A DNA stretch of 64,000 nt. It comes from an uncultured bacterium (lineage in GTDB: Bacteria; Patescibacteriota; Minisyncoccia; Phycocordibacterales; CAIRYW01). The stretch is taken from NCBI GenBank assembly GCA_963766885.1, contig CAVYBO010000001.1, forward strand, positions 196,352 through 260,351, written 5' to 3'. The notes beneath the pieces are model-generated. The model was not told the DNA's origin and made no database searches. It saw only the letters and a program-made list of their open reading frames with translations. Shown here piece after piece: positions 58,095 through 64,000 of this stretch. The first letter of the stretch is position 1, and the number at the start of each line of letters is the position of its first letter. Made by a program: the position numbers and the translations under genes.

Positions 58095-58110
58095 TTGAGG
58101 ATGTTAGAAT
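58095..58110 (+). repeat. conserved 16-nt box TTGAGGATGTTAGAAT (copy B)
   Basis: See copy A. It precedes the promoter of the 57811-58029 gene. Confidence 0.5.
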
Positions 58111-58126
58111 TTTTTTAATATAAAAA

Positions 58127-58161
58127 CAGAAAACCCACTATCTCACGACAGAGGGTTTCTG
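58127..58161 (-). terminator. hairpin terminator (third, sequence-distinct) containing stop of 58138-58470 gene
   Basis: CAGAAACCC-tctgtcgtgagatagt-GGGTTTTCTG on the minus strand followed by TTTTT. Confidence 0.5.
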
Positions 58162-58470
58162 TGTTGAGACAGCGGGTTGTTGCCGTTTAGGCGAACCCAG
58201 GCCGAAAGGGAGTTCCTTGCTGTCCGTGCCGACGACTTCAGTGGCGGTGTAAGCCTGACCACCACCAAGTGCCTTGAGTGTTGCCTCCTTCGTGTGGTGT
58301 CCGAAGAGAACGACATACTCGGGGTGCTGAGGGTGTTGGCTCGCTTCGGTCATCAGACCATTGACGAGTTTTCCGACTTCCGACTCGTGCCACGCTCCTC
58401 CTTTGCGGTGGAGAACGGTCATCTTTAGTTTCCGGCGATTTTCGCCGACTTGCATTGCAAATAAGTCCAT
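58138..58470 (-). CDS. hypothetical protein (110 aa)
   Basis: ATG preceded by AGGAG 7 nt upstream. A TTGACA-17-CATTAT promoter lies on the minus strand at 58522-58550. Confidence 0.5.
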   Translation of the reverse strand: MDLFAMQVGENRRKLKMTVLHRKGGAWHESEVGKLVNGLMTEASQHPQHPEYVVLFGHHTKEATLKALGGGQAYTATEVVGTDSKELPFGLGSPKRQQPAVSTQKPSVVR

Positions 58471-58521
58471 TGGATTTCTCCTGGGTTGATTTTTGTATTG
58501 TGAAATTTACTGCCAGTTTAT

Positions 58522-58550
58522 ATAATGGCACGAATATATTTTTTTGTCAA
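58522..58550 (-). promoter_or_regulatory. sigma-70-like promoter for 58138-58470 gene
   Basis: Minus strand TTGACA, then aaaaaatatattcgtgc (17 nt), then CATTAT(ATAA). Confidence 0.45.
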
Positions 58551-58693
58551 ATATGCTCGACATGGTACGGGAAATCGGAACCTTCTGGAAGCACAACAAA
58601 GAGCTTATTTGGCTGCCGAATATCAAGCAGGGATTCTTTGGAATTACGCAGCCGACGGCTAAGGAGATGGCGAATTTCCGACCGTAAAAGACA

Positions 58694-58722
58694 CAAACAA
58701 AAACCCGCACATTGGCGGGCCT
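58694..58722 (-). terminator. rho-independent terminator after Hsp20 gene
   Basis: Minus strand CCCGC-caatgt-GCGGG followed by TTTTTGTTTG. Confidence 0.55.
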
Positions 58723-58742
58723 TTGTTTAACATTTCTCTCAC

Positions 58743-59210
58743 TTACTCAACCTCTATCTTTACTTTCTTCTTTATCTCTTCCTCAGACTTCGGCAATGTG
58801 ATGGATAGTACGCCATTCTTTGACTTGGCAACGATGCCATCTTTTTTGACTCTGGCAGGGAGAGCGAACTCTCTGCGGAACTCACCGAACTCACGTTCGT
58901 AACGATACACTTTGCCGTTCTTATCTTTAGATTTGTCCTCTTTCTCAATCTTGCCGGAGAGCGATAGGTAATCATCTCCGACCTCAACGTTGATCTTCTC
59001 CGCATCGATGCCTGGAATATTAGCTGTCACCTTTATCTCATTCTCTGTTTCCTCAACATCTACCTTAGGAAACAGCGTGCTGACGTTGCCGAGTCCGCGA
59101 TTGCGGAAGAGGCTCGGTGCCATCATGCTAAAGGGGTCCAGTGCATCATCGAAGAATCTATCAATGAGTGAGAGAGAATTGTTGTCTACCTTTTTGATTG
59201 CTGTATTCAT
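58743..59210 (-). CDS. Hsp20/alpha-crystallin family small heat-shock protein
   Basis: PKVDVEETENEIKVTANIPGIDAEKINVEV ... NGVLSITLPK is the alpha-crystallin domain. 155 aa. Confidence 0.9.
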   Translation of the reverse strand: MNTAIKKVDNNSLSLIDRFFDDALDPFSMMAPSLFRNRGLGNVSTLFPKVDVEETENEIKVTANIPGIDAEKINVEVGDDYLSLSGKIEKEDKSKDKNGKVYRYEREFGEFRREFALPARVKKDGIVAKSKNGVLSITLPKSEEEIKKKVKIEVE

Positions 59211-59506
59211 AGGAGTGTTGATGATTAGATTCTGGTAATGCCCTTGGTATCGATCATGTCCAAGAGTGATGGGTGATTTAGAAAACTATCGGTTTTCTGG
59301 TACTCGCTTCGTGCGAGCTTATCTACACATTATTTAATTGTGTGGATTATGTGGCATCAGAAATGTAACGAATGAATTTCTCGAGCCACCTTTTGTTTTG
59401 AGTTCACATTGTTTGACTTAAGTATCATTACTTTTTTCTATACCACAGTGAGTGACCACCTCACTGTACACACTATTAAACGTTAATAGTTTGAAAAGGT
59501 GTCATC

Positions 59507-60091
59507 CTACGTATCCAAAAACTGTGGTTTGGTCTGCGTGCGTTTTTTGTCCGCAAATTCCGCGATATCCTTAATGTGCGGATGTTCCTTAAGTTTTTTC
59601 TTAGTTCGGGAAAGTGAAAGCTTAACAGCATTCTCCGTAGTGCCTGTGGCAGTAGCGATATCTTTCATAGACATGTCTTGTTGGTAATGCATGAGAAGTT
59701 TGTCTCGGTTTGATTGCGGTAAGTCTTGAATAGCACGCCAGAGAGCTTCAGCGTCAGACTTCTTCTCGATGTCCTCAGTAACTTCGTATGGGATATCCTC
59801 AATCGCTTCAAACGGCAGCGACTTCGGCTTGCGGTAGTGATCGACGAGTACATTGTGAGCGATAGTGATGAGGTATGTGAGATATGAATATCCTCGATTC
59901 TGGAAACGATTGAGATATTGAAAGCCTCGCAAAAAAGTCTCTTGCATTAGGTCTTCTGAAAGCATTTTGTCATGCCCTGTGCGGTACCAGAAATAGTTAA
60001 AAACCTTGTCGGAATATTTGGTGTAGAGTTTCTCATATTCCTTGGGGTTTTGCTTTGCTAGGGCAACTAATTGTATGTCGTCATTATTCAT
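59507..60091 (-). CDS. ECF-type RNA polymerase sigma factor (second copy in window)
   Basis: Region 2 YEKLYTKYSDKVFNYFWYRTGHDKMLSEDLMQETFLRGFQYL. Region 4 LPQSNRDKLLMHYQQDMSMKDIATATGTTENAVKLSLSRTKKKL. Confidence 0.85.
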   Translation of the reverse strand: MNNDDIQLVALAKQNPKEYEKLYTKYSDKVFNYFWYRTGHDKMLSEDLMQETFLRGFQYLNRFQNRGYSYLTYLITIAHNVLVDHYRKPKSLPFEAIEDIPYEVTEDIEKKSDAEALWRAIQDLPQSNRDKLLMHYQQDMSMKDIATATGTTENAVKLSLSRTKKKLKEHPHIKDIAEFADKKRTQTKPQFLDT

Positions 60092-60266
60092 ACGTTGCCC
60101 CTATTTTATCAATTTTTTCAGGAATGTTAATTTACTTGTTTTTTTATTTATACATGAGAAAGCATGACACCTTTTTGAGGGGGATACGTTTAATATGACG
60201 TCAATGGTCAGGCGGAGTGGTCGGCCGCCGGAGGATAGGCTTTTTAACCATAGCTTTTGTCAAAAT

Positions 60267-60647
60267 ATGAAAACAAACGTACATAAAATAAGTATCTCAG
60301 TAGTTGCTTGGTTTGTAGCCGCCTTGATGTTAATGACGGCAACAGTGGCCCATGCCCAAACAGCATCTTCGAGTCCCTATGTAACAACGTCGACGACGCC
60401 TGATGGCGGCGTCAGCGTCCAGATGAACTTGCCAAATAATTTTAAGGGTCAGGTCTATACGGTATATAAAGATGGAAAATGGCAAACATTCTCAACGACG
60501 ACACCCCTAACAAGTACGGATATTACTTCTATGCAAAAGGAGATACAGGATGAGCAGAACGCTATGCAACAACTATTTGCCGAACAACAGAAACTGTTTG
60601 AGCAAGAACAGCAGATGTTTCAAAACCTCTGGAGTAATCCGTGGTAA
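60267..60647 (+). CDS. secreted hypothetical protein with Gln-rich helical C-terminus
   Basis: Signal peptide MKTNVHKISISVVAWFVAALMLMTATVAHAQ, transcribed divergently from the ECF sigma gene. The ORF-track start at 60195 is probably an upstream over-extension. Confidence 0.5.
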   Translation: MKTNVHKISISVVAWFVAALMLMTATVAHAQTASSSPYVTTSTTPDGGVSVQMNLPNNFKGQVYTVYKDGKWQTFSTTTPLTSTDITSMQKEIQDEQNAMQQLFAEQQKLFEQEQQMFQNLWSNPW

Positions 60648-60656
60648 AAGATTACT

Positions 60657-61103
60657 TTATTTTTCTCCACGAATTGGATGGAGATGCGCTGCAATGCCGA
60701 TGGCGGCGGCAATGATGACGAGATTCTTGATGATGTACTGGCCTTCAAGCGTCGGCACAAGGAAGCCGGACCATGTCTCCTGCGGGATGAGGAATAGCGG
60801 CAGGAACGTGGTGATCATGTGCAGGAAAAGGAGCGGTATGACTACACGTTCACATCCCTTGAACAAGAACAAAAGGCCGATGAGCATTTCAAAGAGTCCG
60901 AACAGGACGATGAATACGGAAAAGGGCATGAACGGAATGGTGTGCTGAAAGAGAGCTTGGACGAGCGGAGTAGCAGGGCTTGCACCAAATACTTTCAACG
61001 CTCCGAACCAAAAAAAGACCACGAACAACCCGATCCTTGCTATCGGCTCGGATATTTTTCTGAAGAAATGGATTATTTCAATATCGAGACTGCGGAGCTT
61101 CAT
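60657..61103 (-). CDS. membrane protein, DoxX-like / DUF417 (YkgB)-like
   Basis: ARIGLFVVFFWFGALKVFGASPATPLV resembles the DUF417/DoxX first-helix motif. 148 aa, 4 TMS. Confidence 0.45.
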   Translation of the reverse strand: MKLRSLDIEIIHFFRKISEPIARIGLFVVFFWFGALKVFGASPATPLVQALFQHTIPFMPFSVFIVLFGLFEMLIGLLFLFKGCERVVIPLLFLHMITTFLPLFLIPQETWSGFLVPTLEGQYIIKNLVIIAAAIGIAAHLHPIRGEK

Positions 61104-61124
61104 GCGTATATTCTAGCACGCAAA

Positions 61125-61430
61125 TCATTTCTGATTCTCGCGATGTTCCAAGAGCTTCTCCGCCGGCGAAAGGCCGCCGATGATCTTGTGTGGAAAATAA
61201 TTCCAGGCATCATTGATCGCATCCATGATGTTTTCGAGCTCGGCTGCGCTCTGTCCGGTGTCGAACATGGCGATGACATCGGTCAGGTCGTCCTGGCCAT
61301 CTTCGTTGTAGATGATGTCCTTGATATGATCCACGGTAAAATCGCTTTTTGTTTCCGCCAGAAAATCAGCAAGCTCCTGCTCGATTTCTCCTCTTTTTGC
61401 CAGAATTTGCTCTTTTGACTCGATTTCCAT
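61125..61430 (-). CDS. hypothetical acidic protein (101 aa)
   Basis: Clean ORF with no recognised domain, divergent from the AAA+ ATPase gene. Confidence 0.35.
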   Translation of the reverse strand: MEIESKEQILAKRGEIEQELADFLAETKSDFTVDHIKDIIYNEDGQDDLTDVIAMFDTGQSAAELENIMDAINDAWNYFPHKIIGGLSPAEKLLEHRENQK

Positions 61431-61526
61431 ATGTTTACAAGTATAGCTTGTTTTTCTCCTTTTTGACCAGTATAATACTTGTACTGTGCAAAAAAGGCAA
61501 TTTATGCCCAGTACAGCTAAAATACT

Positions 61527-62810
61527 ATGCTTAAATCGACTGTTTTAAAGCAAAAAGAGGAAAAAGAGCGTCTTTTGTCACTTCCTTACATAGAGCGAAC
61601 AAAGGAAAAAGAGGCTAAAAAATGGCTCTCATCTGACCTCATAAAAGTTATTCTCGGACCACGCCGCGCAGGCAAGTCGGTATTTTCGCTGATGCTGCTC
61701 AAGGATCAGTCTTTTGCCTATTTTAATTTTGATGACGAATCTCTTCCTGGTGAAGATCAGCTCGACCTCAATGAGTTGATGCAAGAATTAAAACTTGCCT
61801 ACGGAGATACAAAATATATTCTTTTTGATGAAATACAAAACCTACCAAAATGGGAATTGTTCGTAAACAGATTGCACCGAGAAGGATACAATCTTGTTAT
61901 TACTGGATCAAATGCACGCCTTCTTTCAAAAGAACTAGCGACGGCACTTACCGGACGACATATACCAATACAAATACTACCGTTCGACTTTAATGAAATA
62001 CTTAAGGCTAAAGGATTCGAACTTACAGAGCAAAATCTTGCGTCACCTGCTGGTTCTGGCCAACTTCTACAGATTCTAAATCAATACATGACAAACGGCG
62101 GCTATCCCGAAGTCGTGCTTAAAGATGTTGATCCTCGAGGTTATCTTGATGTGCTTTTTGACTCACTACTTTTCAAGGATGTAGTACGAAGACACCATGT
62201 GCGCTTCTCAGGACAGATAGACGGTCTTGGGACGTATCTTGTAAACAATTTCACTTCGCTCTATAGCATACGAAAGATGACGACTGCGCTCGGTTCAAAG
62301 AGCGGCACAACTATTGAGAAATACCTGGGATATCTCACTGAAGCATATTTAATATTCACTCTGAATCGATTTTCAGCGAAAGTTGGTCTCCGGTTGCGAT
62401 CGCCAAAGAAGGCATATGTGGTTGATAACGGATTCGTGGCAGCAAAGGCGGTCCAGCATTCTCCAAACAATGGCAAGCTCATGGAAAACCTCGTCTTTAC
62501 TGAACTCGTAAAGCAAGGCAATGAACCGAACAGAGAATTGTTCTATTACCACACCAGAAATCACAAAGAGGTAGATTTTGTAGTTAAAAAAGGAAATGAA
62601 GTAATTGAGCTTATACAAGTTTGTTACGAGGCAAGTAATCCCGAAGTTGAACAAAGAGAAGTACGTGCTCTTCTTGAGGCTGGAGAAGAACTTAATGTAA
62701 GCAAGCTCACTGTCCTTACATGGAATGATAAACGTGAGTTAAAGAAAGGCGATATGACTATTGTCTTTACCCCACTCTATCAATGGCTTCTTGATCTAAA
62801 TAAAAACTAA
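61527..62810 (+). CDS. AAA+ superfamily ATPase with C-terminal DUF4143 (COG1373-type)
   Basis: Walker A ILGPRRAGKS, Walker B-like ILFDEIQNL, and C-terminal PD-(D/E)XK-like DUF4143 region (FYYHTRNHKEVDFVVKKGNEVIELIQVCYE). Confidence 0.8.
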   Translation: MLKSTVLKQKEEKERLLSLPYIERTKEKEAKKWLSSDLIKVILGPRRAGKSVFSLMLLKDQSFAYFNFDDESLPGEDQLDLNELMQELKLAYGDTKYILFDEIQNLPKWELFVNRLHREGYNLVITGSNARLLSKELATALTGRHIPIQILPFDFNEILKAKGFELTEQNLASPAGSGQLLQILNQYMTNGGYPEVVLKDVDPRGYLDVLFDSLLFKDVVRRHHVRFSGQIDGLGTYLVNNFTSLYSIRKMTTALGSKSGTTIEKYLGYLTEAYLIFTLNRFSAKVGLRLRSPKKAYVVDNGFVAAKAVQHSPNNGKLMENLVFTELVKQGNEPNRELFYYHTRNHKEVDFVVKKGNEVIELIQVCYEASNPEVEQREVRALLEAGEELNVSKLTVLTWNDKRELKKGDMTIVFTPLYQWLLDLNKN

Positions 62811-62814
62811 ATCT

Positions 62815-63003
62815 ATGAATCCCGTTGCAAACCAAAACAAAATAGAAACCTACATCAAGTGCAAGAAGTGCGGCACTGAGATTCACTTTGAAACGCGAGG
62901 TGGTCTAACTCCATGTAAATGTGGGGCTATTTCTGTTGACGGGTCCAAAGACCTTGTAAGGTTTCTTGGTAATCCTGAGGATTATGAGGAGGTACAAAAA
63001 TAA
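62815..63003 (+). CDS. small zinc-ribbon protein
   Basis: 62 aa with CKKCGTEIHF ... CKCG (C-x2-C ... C-x-C). Confidence 0.35.
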   Translation: MNPVANQNKIETYIKCKKCGTEIHFETRGGLTPCKCGAISVDGSKDLVRFLGNPEDYEEVQK

Positions 63004-63007
63004 TTAT

Positions 63008-63811
63008 ATGGACCTATCACACTTAGATAAAAAATACTTCATAGACGCACACAAATACAATTGTCCTTTTTGTAAGCGTAATCATGTTACCTACAGATTA
63101 GTGGATAAATTTTCTTTCGACTGGGGAGATAACAAGGTATGTCATGGATATTTAATAAAATGTAATTCCGACGGTTGCGAGAAGAAATCCATGCATTTGA
63201 GCTTTAAAGAGCTACGAGAAGGTTATGTTCAATATAATCAGCAACATTATTACGAACGGTTTGCTAATAATATTGATATAGATAAAGAATTATTCTTTTC
63301 TCAGCCAACATCTTACTTTGTGCTCGATAACAGAATTCCTGAGAAGATAAGAGAACTACTTTATGAAGCCGAAAAATCAAGGCAATCTAACTTACTCGTC
63401 GGTGCTTCCGCATGTCTAAGGAAAGCTATCTATGAGTTAATCGGGTACGAAAAAGTTGTTGTAAAAAATCCAAAGACAGGCTATGCCGATTATCAAGAGA
63501 GTATCAAGGCACTTAAGGCAAAGTTTTCTTTTGTAGCCTCAGAATTGTTTGATGCATTGGGTCATATTCAGGAATTGGCTAGCGATTCGGTGCATGAAGG
63601 ATCCTGGGAAGCATGGGATTCGTCGAAACTAACGATATTAATTGAGCTTACCAAAGCTATTCTTCACGAGATGTATGTTGTTCCTGAAGAGCGAAAAGGT
63701 AGGCTTGGGGTTCTGAATCAGATAAAATCTGCATTCTCAAGTTCAAAAAATACAGAACCGACAGTCATCGAAGAGGTTGAATCAACTGAAGGTGAAAGTG
63801 AAACAAAATAA
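63008..63811 (+). CDS. Zn-finger N-terminal domain plus C-terminal DUF4145-like domain protein
   Basis: N-terminus CPFCKRNH...CHGY...CNSDGCEKK Cys/His cluster. C-terminus ACLRKAIYELIG...DALGHIQELASDSVHEG resembles the DUF4145 helical domain common in restriction/abortive-infection contexts. Confidence 0.55.
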   Translation: MDLSHLDKKYFIDAHKYNCPFCKRNHVTYRLVDKFSFDWGDNKVCHGYLIKCNSDGCEKKSMHLSFKELREGYVQYNQQHYYERFANNIDIDKELFFSQPTSYFVLDNRIPEKIRELLYEAEKSRQSNLLVGASACLRKAIYELIGYEKVVVKNPKTGYADYQESIKALKAKFSFVASELFDALGHIQELASDSVHEGSWEAWDSSKLTILIELTKAILHEMYVVPEERKGRLGVLNQIKSAFSSSKNTEPTVIEEVESTEGESETK

Positions 63812-63815
63812 TTAT

Positions 63816-64000
63816 ATGAATAAAAAGGAAGCATCAGCAAGAATAAAAATAAACAAACTCCTTGAGGAATCCGGATGGCGTTTTGACGCTGATAAGAACG
63901 GTCCAGTAAACATACAGCTTGAGCCAGGAGTTAAATATTCTGAACTTGGTGATGACTTTGAACACGAGGCTCATGGTTTTATAGACTTTCTGCTTTTAGA
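63816..64000 (+). CDS. restriction endonuclease R-subunit-like N-terminus (HsdR_N-type), partial at window end
   Basis: EASARIKINKLLEESGWRF matches the E-x-x-R-x-K-I-x-x-x-L-x-x-x-GW motif at the N-terminus of type I/III restriction R subunits. The ORF runs off the window. Confidence 0.5.
   Translation, partial: MNKKEASARIKINKLLEESGWRFDADKNGPVNIQLEPGVKYSELGDDFEHEAHGFIDFLLL

Noticed and set aside
57046-58428. Plus-strand ORFs 57046-57426, 57059-57406, 57481-57693, 57749-58123, 57814-58026 and 58177-58428
   Set aside because: They overlap the better-supported minus-strand genes, which have promoters, RBS and terminators, in a high-GC region where spurious long ORFs are expected. No start signals.
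59446-59470. CIRCE heat-shock operator upstream of Hsp20
   Set aside because: The palindrome ACAGTGAG-N7-CTCACTGT does not match TTAGCACTC-N9-GAGTGCTAA. Kept only as a non-canonical palindrome.
1-64000. CRISPR arrays, rRNA genes, tRNA genes
   Set aside because: No regularly spaced direct repeats were seen. Intergenic regions were scanned for T-loop (GGTTCGAATCC-like) and acceptor-stem patterns without a convincing cloverleaf. A proper tRNAscan-SE/Infernal run would be needed to exclude them fully.

Overview
The window reads as a densely packed, low-GC (about 35%) bacterial chromosome segment, by inference likely from a CPR/Parcubacteria-like organism. Its housekeeping backbone on both strands comprises the dnaE 5' end, rnhB, rpmF, a nusB-NUDIX fusion, rnc, a short smc, the rpsP-khpA-trmD ribosomal operon, rpoB, rpoC (interrupted by a +1 frameshift), dnaG-rpoD, a UvrD-like helicase-nuclease, truB, typA, metK, M24/M29 peptidases and uppP. 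There are three envelope/efflux modules: an ECF-sigma/anti-sigma/MacAB-like ABC efflux/GT2 operon, a MarR-HlyD-HlyD-EmrB cluster, and ApbE with an FMN-binding secreted protein, DoxX, a GT39 ArnT-like transferase and MltG. Several GC-rich (50-60%) segments interrupt this backbone: 3.93-4.6 kb, 7.66-8.82 kb inside the ribosomal operon, 9.46-9.76 kb, 23.6-24.6 kb, and a mosaic island at about 53.5-61.4 kb. The large island carries a second ECF sigma factor, an Hsp20 small heat-shock protein, a YdeI-like protein, secreted and membrane proteins and five small unknown genes. Each of those small genes has its own promoter and a hairpin terminator; two of the hairpins share a conserved loop with compensatory stem changes, and a conserved upstream box sits at fixed spacing from the -35 of three promoters. 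The 3' end (61.5-64 kb) looks like the edge of a defense island: an AAA+ DUF4143 ATPase, a zinc-ribbon protein, a Zn-finger/DUF4145 protein and the N-terminus of an HsdR-like restriction subunit. No CRISPR arrays, rRNA or convincing tRNA genes were seen.
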